Source: Vicugna vicugna
Taxonomy: Eukaryota
Reading direction: 5' to 3'
DNA length: 64,000 bases
NCBI GenBank assembly: GCA_013265495.1
Contig: MU058781.1
Span: forward strand, 5,707,050 to 5,771,049
Of this stretch, positions 1 through 12,129 are shown piece after piece. Made by a program: the position numbers and the translations under genes. The notes beneath the pieces were generated by a model. That model had not been told where the DNA came from. It ran no database searches and worked only from the letters and a program-made list of their open reading frames with translations. The stretch's first letter is position 1. Every line of letters begins with the position of its first letter.

Positions 1-2576
1 GGATTTCAGCATAATAAGTATGTGGCATAAAATGGTGAAACAAAATTGAGGCACTGGCTTTGAAGTGACCCAGGTAACCATGCTTATGGTAGCAAAATAT
101 CAGTATGAAATTCAAAGATTGGACTCACTCAAAACAAGGTTAAACTGTGCCTTCTGAAATTGAATTGACAGAGACAGGCCCCCAGGCTCGTAAGTTTTGT
201 CGCCTTTTTTGTTGTTGTTTTTTTAAGGACATCAGTGAGCATCTCATTAATGTTATAATCTGAAAAGTGTTTTCTGCCTCTAATGGAAGATTTAGACTAG
301 CTGAGGAAGCCATCATTGGTTCCCCAAATTGCAGCCTTATCAATTAAAAAATGCAAATTGCTCCATATTGCTAATGATTCCAACTTTGAAAGAAGCTGTT
401 CCTACTGTTCCTTTTGTTTTAAGTGAATAAGTTTAAGTGGCTAAGTTTAAGTGAAAAAATATCCCAAGATTGCAAGGTAGCTGTTTTCAAAAAAAAAACA
501 AAAACAAAAACAAAAAAAAAACCCTGTTATTACTTGCAACTCCTTATTTCAGGGAACCAAGATTTTCTCAATACTGTGCAACAATATTAAAAAAAAAAAT
601 CAAACAACAAAAGGGAATAAATTGGAAACTGAAGTTAGAAAAGCCTGCAGCTGTCATCCGTAGCACTGATTTCAAATTTCTGTGTTCATCACAAAGCCTC
701 ACTGTTCTTTTTTCTTGGTTTTATAAAGTCAGCACTATACATTGAAATCTAACAAACATTATATGAACAAAATCTTCCTTCATCAGTTTTACATACTGAG
801 GTTTCACATTAGACTGTATTTGAGAAAGGAGTTGATACTGAAAAATAACAATGAAGTGGACAGAGCCCTAGGCAGGGAGATTCTTTAAATATGGAAAGCA
901 AACAAGAGAATGATGTCCGCTGACCTGTTTATTAATGCATTAAATTCTATACTTGTTTTTAAAAAATAACTTGTCACAGCATGTAATGTACTATACCATG
1001 GAAAATACCAAGTCAATGCCAAAAAAATATACATTTTGGACTCAACTGCAAAGAAAGAGAAGAAAGAGTTGATACTGAAAGTATTTGTAAATCATCAAGT
1101 AAAAGCAATGGATGATACGTGCCCTGTGGATGATGGCTGCTGTAGCGCCGCTATAAAGCTCAAACACAGGAAAGAACAGCAAAAGGAACAAAAAAAAAGA
1201 GTTCTTGTGTAACTTTCCACCCACAGGATAACAAACACTTGGATGTAAGTAACGCATCCATGGTCCATTTAAACTTTGTTTTCATGTTTGAAGTTAATTA
1301 AGCAAGCAAAGGGCTGGAGCCACCATCGATGCAACATGTTTGCACACATGTTTGCACAGGATCTCAGAGAACAGAAGGGCGGGGTGGGGGTGGGGGAACA
1401 GTTTCTCATCTGCCTGTGATAACGTGGCCCCTGCCATCACCTCTCCCATCGAGTACTTTCTGAGTCAAGGGAAGGAATGCACCGTGGTAGAGAGCGCATG
1501 GATTTTATTACTCAGACTTAGGGTCAAAACCAGCATGCTTATTATTAGCAGGGTAACTTGAGCTGACTCACTTCCGCCTTGTCTAGCCTCTCATGGAGCT
1601 GGAGATACCCACCAAAGTGTTTGCCAAGATGCCTTTACATCTTGTAAGAAATAACACAGAAGTCACCTAGCCCCTCAGGCACTGTTCAATAAATAGCTTC
1701 CGCCCTGTGCTTGGGACCTTGGAGGAATGTCGGCCAGGCTGCTCTGGCCACAGCGATCAAAGCTCCATCTCGGGGCAGACCTTCCCAGGCGGGAGAACAG
1801 GTGTAGCCCACCCTGTTCCTAGGGTCACGGTGAGGCCCTTCCAGAAATCCAGCCACATGTCTCATCCTAACCTCCTCAAGCCCCACATTCGTGGTTGTCT
1901 GTGAACACACCTGACCCAAGAGGAGAAAAACCAAACCGAAAAAAAAAAAGGGTAGCGGGGGAAGAGGAAGAGGAAGAGACTCCTCCAAGGGCCAACGCCA
2001 AGGAGAAAGGAACGGCGGCTCCTTGATACCGATCACCCAGCCTAGGCCCTGGAGAATATGCCTTTTGTTTAAGTGGAAGTCAGTCTTTTCTAAGTAATAG
2101 ATGGAGGCGCCTCGCTCCATGTTTAAAAGCCAGCACTTGCCACTTGAGCCGTACAAATTACACAGGGTTGAAAATAGTATGGCTGAGAGAAACACGGCCT
2201 TTGTAATTAGAGCTCTCTCCCCTTTTTTTTGTTTCCTTTCTCCAAGCAAACAGGAACAAACTGAACTGAAACACGGCTGATTAAAAGGTTAAAAGGTGGT
2301 CACCCCTGTGTTCTATTTTCAGCCTTGCTTTTTGTCTAAGATGCTGAGGGTAAGTTTCCCTGATGCGTAGGGAAACGCCCGTGCGCGAGGGCAGTGGCGG
2401 TGGCAATGTCTCCCTCAGCATCCCTGGGGCAAGTCCTCTGCCCAGGAAACCAAACATCGATCTATGCACAGACCCCGTTTCCTCTTTTCTCCAACTCGCA
2501 AGCTTGTAAGGTGGTTGATAAGCAAGATGGATGCAGACTAAGCAAGGAGAATTCGGCAAACAGCGTTCAGTTGTAT
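1..2576 (-). other. Candidate terminal exon / long 3'UTR of an unidentified minus-strand gene (runs off the window start)
   Basis: Minus-strand acceptor ...catcttgtttctcttctaccaaatcccaagttgcttctctgcag|ATACAACTGA (AG at 2577-2578). About 2.5 kb has no recognisable interspersed repeat, and the minus strand has many U/GU-rich runs. AATAAA at 928-933. No long credible ORF. Confidence 0.55.
928..933 (-). promoter_or_regulatory. Candidate polyadenylation signal AATAAA
   Basis: Plus-strand tttatt reads AATAAA on the minus strand inside the putative 3'UTR, with U-rich sequence downstream. Confidence 0.35.
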
Positions 2577-3554
2577 CTGCAGAGAAGCAACTTGGGATTT
2601 GGTAGAAGAGAAACAAGATGTTTGGTGAACCAAGAACCAGAGTCAAGACTGTGAGCTTCCTCAGGCCAAAGACTCTCCCTCCCTCTCCAGGTACAGGGCC
2701 TGTTGCTGGCATTCAATAAGTATTTGGAGAATGAATCAAAGCAGGCGTGAATACGCGGTGTCCATATTATGCCAGTATGCTAATGAACTGTACCCTGTGA
2801 GCAAATCTTTCTCAGATATTTTAAAGAGTAGAAAGTCAAATTCCGCTGACAAAATGGGAAGATTTAGGGGGAGCTACCTCATGTCCTAGTGATTGTGTGT
2901 CAATCTTCAGCGGAAAAATTAAGTATTTCATTAAAAAAAACCAAATAGGAGGGGGGGTAGTTTCTGAAAAATCATTTGTGAATCAAAACCAGAGCAGACC
3001 AAAGTGACAACATTCAAGCCAAAGAGTAAAAAAAAGAAGAGAGATTGCTGATTTTTCCCCCTTCTCACTGGTATGAGATTTTAAAGACATTTCTTCCTGT
3101 CAGAAGGACGGCATCAAATGTATTTAAAGGAGCCACATGAACTTGCCTCTTCAACATTCTTGTTTTCACAGGACATCATCTCCTCTCATTTTACCTCACC
3201 GAGTTCTAGAATGGCATGTAGGGTTATGCTTTTATCACTTTATCTTTTGAAAATGTTGCAGACAATTAATTCACATTAAAACTCCACTAATTCAGCCTCA
3301 AGAGTTACATTTAAAGGTTCTCACTAGTGTTTCGCTCAAGCTTACTGTTAGCTATCTTTTTTTTTTCTAAAAAGGTTAGGAATGTTGACCTCGTTTAAGC
3401 ATTCTTCAGTTTACTGTGTCACCATCATTTGCATCAAATAACATGCTAATTGAAAGTGACCTAGTCTTTAAAGTGAATCCAGATTTAATTAATCTGTAAT
3501 AATGGTCGGTACGGATGAAAAGTTCTTGCGATTTGAAGTAAAAAGTTAAAATAT

Positions 3555-3735
3555 CTGGGCTCAAGTTCTGTTTATGATTGTACCATGTGTGCCACCTTAC
3601 ACAATCATCTAACTCTGCTGAGCACCTGTTTCATCATTTATTAAAATAGGAATAAAAAGAAACACTTGTCTAAGAGTTTCTCTGAGGATTACATCAGTGT
3701 AAGGCAATAAACTTTACCAACTGTATGCAAATTAT
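3555..3735 (+). mobile_element. MIR SINE, decayed
   Basis: Core-like catctaactctgctgagcacctgtttcatcattttattaaaataggaataaa...tgaggattaca. Confidence 0.6.
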
Positions 3736-4019
3736 ATCCTTTTTGTCATCACAGTCATCATCATTATCATCACCACCACCATCATCCGTGCTTAAAAATA
3801 ATTCAGATGAGAGAGGGTAAGACAGAACCAATGGGTCCCCTACTCTGTACCCGGCACCCTGCTATCGACGGGCCACTTCAGGTCACAACAAGAGCCCTAT
3901 TATCTATGTATAAATTTCTATCTGTCATATAGAAATAAATTACATTTCCAATTCTAGCAAGTGAGGAAAGAGAGGGCTAAGTGACATGCTCAATGAATTT
4001 ATTATTCAAGTACGTTTCA

Positions 4020-4130
4020 TGAATCAAACCGATAAACATTTATTGAGCACATGTACACCAAGCACTGTGTGAGGTATGAGGCTAGAGCAGTGAACTAATA
4101 AGCACACAGAATCTCTGCTACCAGAGAGCC
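4020..4130 (-). mobile_element. L2 LINE 3' end fragment
   Basis: aaacatttattgagcacatgtacaccaagcactgtgtgagg is the reverse complement of the typical L2 tail. Confidence 0.65.
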
Positions 4131-4959
4131 GATAATGAACTGGATACTTGTGAATTCTAAATCATTTAAATCACTCCATATTATGCCAAAGTGTGCTGTC
4201 CACTCTCTGTTCAGTGGCACAATTTACAGAGAAAAGAACATCTGGGCAGCAGCACACCAGCATAAATGGTCAAGCTCCCCCATCCCAGGGGCTCTGTAGC
4301 CTGTGTTCAAGGATGCCCAAGGGCTGACAGACCTGTAGCCCATTTGTAACACATGGGCTGAGAAGCTCTGCATTATCTAATAATGAAGTCAGTGATTCAG
4401 GAATTTCACTAATTAATACCGACTTCCTCCCAAGTTCATTATTAGTGCACATACAGAACATGCAATTTCTCATACTGTATACAGATCAGCTTATACTTTC
4501 TCACTTATGGCCATCAATTTACTGCCTTCAGTAGGTCAGCAAGATGATGTTACAATGATTTCTGTAGTCAGCAGGTAAAACTTAGGCATCAGAAACAGCA
4601 TCTCAAAGATATGCTATTAAATCATTAGAGCAGAGAATACAACTTAGTCATTAACGAAAGGAATTTCTCAAACTTAACACCAGATTCAGAAACGGACCTA
4701 AACGCTATGATCTATGTTATGCAAACCACTGTTTTCTACCTCCTTGGCTCTTGCTTTTGCCTTGGACCTTATAACACTGAAGCAGCCTGGACACAAAGAG
4801 GACCTCTGAAGTGACCACCACTCTGGGAGGCAGACGGGTTTCCTAAGAAGGGGAGCATGCCTTCAAGTAGCACATAATCTAGAAGAGCAGTTAGAACCAA
4901 CTTGATGTAAAAAAGAAATAACAACAAAAAGAGAGCTACAGAAAAAATGACATTATTAG

Positions 4960-5970
4960 AAAACAGACAATCCAATTTAAAAAACAGGCAAAAGACTTGA
5001 ACAGACACCTCACTACAAAACATCTACGGATGGCAAACAAGCAGGTGAAAAGATGCTCCAAATCATACGCCGTTAGGGAATTTCAAATTAAAACAACAAG
5101 ATACCGCTACACACCTAGCAAAATGGCCAAAATTCGGAACCCTGACAACACCAAATGCTGGTGAAGATGGGAAGCAACAAGAACTCTCATTCACTGAGGG
5201 AGGAAATGCAAAATGCAGGGCCTTTCTGGAGGACAGCTAGGCAGTTCTTGGAAAGTGAAACATGCTCATACCACATGATCCAGCAACCACACTCCGCGGT
5301 ATTTATCCAAAGGAGGTGAAAACCTATGTCCCTACGAAAACTCGCATGTGGCTGCTTATAGTAGCTTTATTCATAACTTCCAAAACTTAAAAGCAGACAG
5401 GATGCTCCTCAGTAGGGGAATGGATAAACTACAGTACACCCATGCAATGGAATATTATTCAGGGATAAAAAGAAATGAGCTATCAAGCCATGAAAGGATA
5501 TGGACGATCCTTAAATGTACGTTACCAAGTGAAAGAAGCCAATCTAAAAAGGCGACGTGCCGTATTGGTCCAATGACGTGACATTCTGGAAAAGGTGAAA
5601 CTATGATGACAGTAGAAAGATCAATTGTTTGGTGGCTGGAGGGGAGGGATGAATAGACGGAGCATTAGGGGTTTTTAGGGTGGTGGACCTACTCTGTATG
5701 ACACCGTAATGGCGGACACACATCATTATACACTTGTCAAAACCCACAGAATGCTCAACGGGAAGAATGAACCCTTCTGTAAACCCTGGACTTCAGTTAA
5801 TAACAATATATATCAATACTGGTACCACTCTAATGCAAGAGGTTAACAACGGGGTACACTGTGTTGGGGGGGTGAGGCAGGGAATGTGGGAACTCTCTGT
5901 ACTTCCCAGTCAATTTTTCTGTAAACCTAACATTGCTCCAAAAAATTAAAGTCTGTTAACTAAAACAAAA
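4960..5970 (+). mobile_element. L1 LINE 3' fragment (ORF2 end plus 3'UTR, L1MC-like)
   Basis: ORF2-end motifs ggcaaaagacttgaacagacac, aaaagatgctc and ccacatgatccagcaaccacactc. 3'UTR motifs gacattctggaaaaggtgaaactatg and ggaactctctgtacttcc...caatttttctgtaaacctaa. A-rich end. Confidence 0.85.
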
Positions 5971-6039
5971 CTGTAGTGTCAGCTGTTTGAGGTTTTCCCT
6001 CCAGATGTCTTTTGAGATATTGGCTAAAGCCCAGTGGAA

Positions 6040-6560
6040 TTAATCAGAGAAGACGCCATCAAGATGACTCCTGGCCGGGGTTTGAAAGACTAGCGGCGAC
6101 AGGTTTTAATGGGTCAAGAACGGGGAGGACACAGTGTTCTCAGATGGAGGTGATGGTGTGGGCAAGGTTTAGAGGTAGAAGACACCGGGAAGGGTGGTGA
6201 GCAGAGCACTGCACTTGACCTCAAGACAAACATCACAAGTTGACAGATAACTGGAGGTAAAGAGTGGAGGTACTGAACTGTGGTTAGGAGGTCAACATGG
6301 AATCTGAAAGGTGAGTGGAGTCACTCCGGACAACTGGGAAGGGACATGGAGTCCAGAAGAGGTGCAAGGAAGAGTCTCTACCAGGTCCTGGCCAAGCTAG
6401 AGACACCGGAGAAAGGAACCCCACTACAGGGGAGGTTATGAGTCATCAGCCCTGAGGGACACTAAACAGAAGATATCAGAAATCCAAAGGAAAGTAAAAT
6501 TTCCAAGACAAGACATGCTGAGCTGTGTTAAGGAGGCCAAGATGGAAGAGTAATGATTTC
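6040..6560 (-). mobile_element. L2 LINE internal fragments, highly decayed
   Basis: Purine-rich patches similar to antisense L2 (atcaagatgactcc, ggagtcactccgga, aaaatttccaagacaag). Confidence 0.4.
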
Positions 6561-6809
6561 TCAAAAGTCCTGACCAGGAGGAGGGAACCCAAAAGTGTAG
6601 CTCTCCATCAAGTAGGGTTCCCAGATTTTCTCCTCATTCAGGCTCCTCATTGGACCATAGTTAAGAGCAGAGCACAAGGTCTGCACTGGATACCCGGAGA
6701 AAAGAGAAAAATAGGGAGGAGAAATGGTGCTTACAAGCAGTGAAGTCAGAATTTTCACCCTCATATCCATGTACTGGAAAATTAAAAAAAAATAGCAAAG
6801 ATCTATATT

Positions 6810-6990
6810 TATGAACAAGGAAAGATGTTCACAATATATTGTGAAGTGAGAAAAGGAGGTTCAGAAAAGTCTATCAATTATGATTCCATTTTGGTAAAGC
6901 TACATCTATGTGCATCTGCACAGACAATATTCTGGAAAACACTCAAACGCCAACAGCAGTGATCATCTCTGGGTGACAACACGCGGTAAG
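6810..6990 (+). mobile_element. Old L1 (L1ME-like) 3'UTR fragment
   Basis: ggaaagatgttcacaatatattgtgaagtgagaaaagg...tatgattccattttggtaaa...cagtgatcatctctggg. Confidence 0.6.
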
Positions 6991-9900
6991 TGTTTTGTAT
7001 GTTGCTACTCTGTAGCTTCCTAACTCCTCTTCAAGCTATCTGCAGAGATTACTTGCAAGAGACTAGTTTTTTTTCCAAATGAAAAGATTTAACGCTCTTT
7101 CCATCTCATAATTCAAGTTTCCAATAAGGTTCTCCCTGTTAAGGGTAGACTAGCCAGTGCCTTACACAGAAGTCAATGCTTGCTTTAGATAAGTGTGCTG
7201 CAGCCTCTCATTACACAAATAACTTTAACAGCCACGTCCTGATGCATAAGGGAAAAAAGGCATGGAAATTCCAAAAAACTAAAGTTACAAGAAGTAGCAG
7301 CAAGAACAGCAGCAAAGGGAAATGCCCTGGGAAGAAAGGAGACAGATCTCGACGTATTCTTAGTACGTGTCTCCTCGACTCTGGAGGAGGTTCCTTGATT
7401 AGTCTATTTTTAAAAATTGTTATTGTAGAAACAAAACCCTGGCTGAAAATAACATTAAAATGCACAAGATATGCAGAAACACCCCATGACGCAAATTATT
7501 TATGAAGATAATGTAGCAACGTGAGCAGGAATTAGCATGAATCAGTTACTCCACAACTGGGATGTGTTCCCCATCAACAAACCAGAAGGATGCGTGGTCC
7601 AATCACCACGGTTGGATTTCAGTGTTTGCTCTTATCCATCAGAACTCTTGGTGTACACACAGAGTAGGGTGGGAGGGTGGTCCTTGGGGTAGGAAGGAAC
7701 AGTATAGAAAAACAGGTACCCCAGCACCAGTGTTTTTAAAGACAGATTATATTTATCATCTTTCCTAAACTAAGAATTTCCACTTGAAATCTGTTACAAG
7801 AAATAACCTTTAATCAAAAGCCATCTGTTTCAAATTCTCCCTTTCTATGGGCATCAATTCACTATAGCTATTTACTGTAGTTCAGTAATTAGGGAGATAT
7901 CTTCCCTGTAACTTACATTTCTACTGCATTAAAGTAGGGATGCGAGAAAGCCAGAAGGGAAAACTTAAAACAGTTGACTTTAAACTTTACTACCTGCTAA
8001 CAACCCTGTCCAAAAGTTTAGTAGAGAAAAAAGCCAAACTATTGCCTAAAAGAAGACTAAAAGATTGTTTGAAGATTCCACGCACTCATGTTTTTTCTGT
8101 TCCTTATAAAACATGGCTATGCTCTTGGGTAGAGATACCCAATTTCTGTTTCAGTCTAGTAACCACTGAATACTTAACTCTGCGAACCTACCAAACAGAG
8201 AACTGCAGCAATAACCTTACGCTAACAGTATAGCCGTGACCATATGAATCAGAGCTATTCTTTGTCTCCTATTAGCCTTGATAGTAACATCACTGAGAAC
8301 TAACAGACTCTGAGGCTGGAGCCTAAAGTAATAATTTAGTTTAGGATACACACATTCATTTATAAGATAATAATCATTACCTTATCCAGAGGGACATACT
8401 ATAAGCAAGAGTACGTTATGCCCGGGCTATGAGTTGCTGGCATACAGTGAGGTACGCAGTTTCAACACAGAGCATCTTAAGCAAAGGGATTGAACCTCCG
8501 CTCCCCTTCTAAGGAGACTGCCGTTAACAACGTGCTAAGTAAACACAATGCCTTTATAAATCGTCTGTGCCTGATACTGGAGATACTAAGATTTAGAACA
8601 AGCAGAAGTTCTCAGAGCTGCTGGATAGTGTACACGGACTCCTTCCTCAGCAGCAGGGGGAAGAAACAGTACACAAGCAGTCACGTCTAGAAGGTAAAAG
8701 GGACAGAGTCTCATTGTCTTAATTTTGAATAGAAGAATGTAAACTTACTTAGATCGGTGCTGCTTCTGAATGGAAGCAGGAAAAAACTGGGTAGCTTTGT
8801 GATTTAAAGAAAAAAAAAAAACCTATCTCAGAGGTTGAATGACTCATCTGGATCAACTCACTGCACCTAAACATATAGGAAGGTAGACCTGAAGGTTTCT
8901 AAAATCTTCCAAAGCTGTGCAGTGGACAGCCTGGGTCCTCTGGCCACTCTAAACTTCTAGAAAGGCAGAATTTCAAGATTCAGTTGCAGACAGAGTGAGC
9001 ACTCAATAAATGCCTGATGAATGAATAAATGAATGCTTATTTAGAGTTGTCTGGGTGGAATGTTTTACTAGGGCTTGAAAAACCTAACATAAATCATACA
9101 AGGGTCCTGTCCTTAAGAAGCTTTTATTTTACCAGAAGCAGCAAAATACAAATGAGTAATTTTAATACAGTATGACACTTGTGATAATAATGCAAGGCTA
9201 TCCATATATTTATATATTTATTATACAAATAAAAACCAGATATAATAAGGAGTCAACAAGTTAAGAGTTAGAAAGGAGGGGACAGAAAGCTTGTAAGGGA
9301 GGATCTGATGAAACTAATTCACACCAGGATGCTAATACCTTATCTGTGGCTCGGTCCCAGGGTCATTTGCATTTTAATGGAAACAAGAGGAAGGTTTTGC
9401 TGGATACTTGAGGGCTATTGAGGACTATTAGTGGCATTTTAGGTTATCAGGTGAGAGACTGGCAGAGAAGATACCTCATACAATACTATTTGGGCAGAAA
9501 ACCTACCTAGTTCTATCATTTAAAGGGGGGAGAAGCAACAATATTCCAAATCGGGACAGCCTCTCTCTCTTTGTGAGATACTCAGGACACGTACAGGCGT
9601 TACTCCATCAGAATCCACACCATCTGTCAGACCTCAGCTTGCAGTGACTGCCTCTGTATGTTAATCAAGGAGGCAACAAGGGTAGCTTCAAAGAAAGTTC
9701 CCCTGGTTCAGACTTCAGTGTGTTACTAAAGCTTCTGAAGTAGTATACAGCAGGAGGTGGTTTTGATGACAGGGTTCATTTTAATTGTGTATCCGTGTCC
9801 CTTGTGGATTAGCCTGGCTACACTGCTTAAGGTGCTATAGAAAGCACAGGTGGGTGAAAAAAAAAAAGCTAAACAAACGCAGGGAAATAACACACAGGTG

Positions 9901-10810
9901 GCAGAACACACACCTGCATGTTCACCCTGCTTTCAAAAATAATTCTGTTTTCCTCCTCTGTACTCTGTATACTCTAGGACAGATTGAATAAGAGTTATGT
10001 AAAGAGACGTATTATTTTGATAAATAGTTCATGGCAAACCTCCTATAAGGTCCTGGGTTTGTACAGAGAGAGCAACAGAGTTGGCCGTTCCTTTGCCTAC
10101 ACGGCGGGCCTCTCTCCTTCACCCGGCACTTTGCTGGACTCTGTGCGGGAAGCCACACCAGACGGAGCACAGCAAACCGTATCTTCCTTTCAGTATTGGG
10201 TGCAATGAGTCAGTGTTTGCTCCACGATCTGGAATTAGCGCCAATAAGCAGAGTCAAGAATTCTAAAACATGCCCTGTTTTCACCGCCATTTCACACGCT
10301 GACGGAGCTCGCCAAATCGGAGCATTTAAAATTACGAGGTCCCCTTCCTCACATTTATCGGTCTTCCACATAATCAAGAAGTTCTGATCAAAAATGTCTA
10401 AAACGTCTTCTCAGCAGCAAACAGACGCCCTTAGCCTCTGACCCAGAAGCAGGGTTTCTCAAACCGTCTTCTGTCTGAAAATGTGTCCCCCATCCAGGGA
10501 GCGGTGCCTGGCGGTCACACCTGCAGGCACAGGAGCTGAGCCTCCAGCCCCAGGGTTGCAGAGCATCGCCATGACTGACTTCAGTGCTGACCTAACACCT
10601 GTATCAGTGAGCACAAAACGAAGGCCTAATACCATCATGTACCCTCACCAGAGGCTGGTTTACATAGGCTGTTAAAACTCTCTAAAGTGGAGAAAATGTA
10701 GGACTCTGACCTACAAAGACGGCCTGCTGGCCCCCAGAGAATGATGCTCTGGGTTTTTAGTCCTCCACCTCCCCGTCTTCCTCTACCCCCTTGATTTCCA
10801 CTTGCTGTGG

Positions 10811-11036
10811 AATTAATTACATGGTCAGGGCAGGTGTCCCTCAAGGCAAAGAGCACAAATCAGAGGCCACCCCCAGAGGCCACCCCCACCCTGTCCACAC
10901 TCTTCTGTACATCCTATTTTTTTTACTGAAATTAATTACATGGTCAGGGCAGGTGTCCCTCAAGGCAAAGAGCACAAATCAGAGGCCACCCCCACCCTGT
11001 CCACACTCTTCTGTACATCCTATTTTTTTTTACTGA
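10811..11036. repeat. Tandem duplication, two copies (119 and 107 nt)
   Basis: Copy 1 is 10811-10929 and copy 2 is 10930-11036. They are identical except for an internal 13-nt duplication (cagaggccacccc) in copy 1 and T8 versus T9. Confidence 0.95.
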
Positions 11037-11623
11037 AGAATCAGAAAGAAAACATGGCAATTTGTTATCTGCTGAAGGCACATTTAGGTGTCCCCTGCCC
11101 CCACGTTTTATCTATGAAAGATAGCATTTTCCACACGGGAGTTATAACCCCGGGGCCTGAACAGAACCTGTGACTCCCATCCCATATCGTGCAGTTTCGG
11201 CGACAACAAACGGGCTCCCAAACGGGCCGGCGAAAACCACAAGTTCTCGTTCTCGGTGAGTTGAGTTTAGTGAAATGAAACAGCCACTTCTATTTTAGTA
11301 GTTTTAAAGAGTGACACTTAATAGTACAGTTGAAAGGTCAGTTCTTGAAATTAATGGGTGAGCCCTGGTCCCGTCCAAGGGAAGAGAAGGATTTTTTAGA
11401 GGGCCCTTGCAACACACTGCCTATTTTGAGGTCACAGGGAAACCTCCTGGAAAGAAGAGTCTTCGGCTCGGGGGATGCTGTCATGTTACCTATGAGGAGA
11501 AGACTCTTCATGGGTCTTTCAGTCAGTCCCTTTGTACGGTATTCGTTTAGAAACCCCGGGACACAGAAGTTGGACAGGATCCCACCAGGAAGTGATGGAA
11601 CAAGGCTGCCTGCAAGATCCAAC

Positions 11624-11810
11624 TTTAAACAACTACAAATAAAATCGATAAACAACAAGGTCTTACCATATAGCACAGGGAACTCTACTCAATACCCTGT
11701 AATAACCATAATGGAAAAGAATATGTACATACATATATAACTGAATCACTGTGCTGTACACCAGAAATGAGTACAATATTGTAAATCAACTATGTACTTC
11801 AATAAAAGAA
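11624..11810 (+). mobile_element. 5'-truncated artiodactyl-type L1 3' end with a 10-bp target-site duplication (TSD)
   Basis: aacaacaaggtcttaccatatagcacagggaactctactcaatac...actgaatcactgtgctgtacaccagaaa...tgtaaatcaactat..caataaaa. Flanked by aagatccaac at 11614-11623 and 11811-11820. Confidence 0.85.
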
Positions 11811-12129
11811 AAGATCCAACCCCCTTAAGGTGTTCCAAGTCCTCCTGGCAGACTTGACATGGACACTGCTCATGACCTGAGCCTCTGTCTTTCCAAACAC
11901 GCCTTGGAGGATCTCCATTCTCTTTTCTGGTCCCACTTTAGAAAGCACACGTCTACCTGGAACCATCTCTCAGCTGCCGTATTTCTGTCTTCTCCAGAGA
12001 TCCCTGGGATGTCTCTTTAGAAACTTCCCTGAATTGTCTCAGCTCACAAATGCTTTTAGGCTTTCGCCATTAATCATGTTTTTACATATCTTGTTGATTA
12101 TGTCAACATCCTGCCTAAAATCTTTCAAG

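Noticed and set aside
1686..2712. ORFs of 187 and 143 aa on the minus strand
   Set aside because: They lie in low-complexity, UTR-like sequence with homopolymer-derived runs and no domain. I cannot exclude that the first codons after 2576 are coding.
7338..7390. Possible hairpin (ggagac...acgta-loop-tacgt-gtctcc)
   Set aside because: Short interrupted stems, too weak for a pre-miRNA or structured RNA call.
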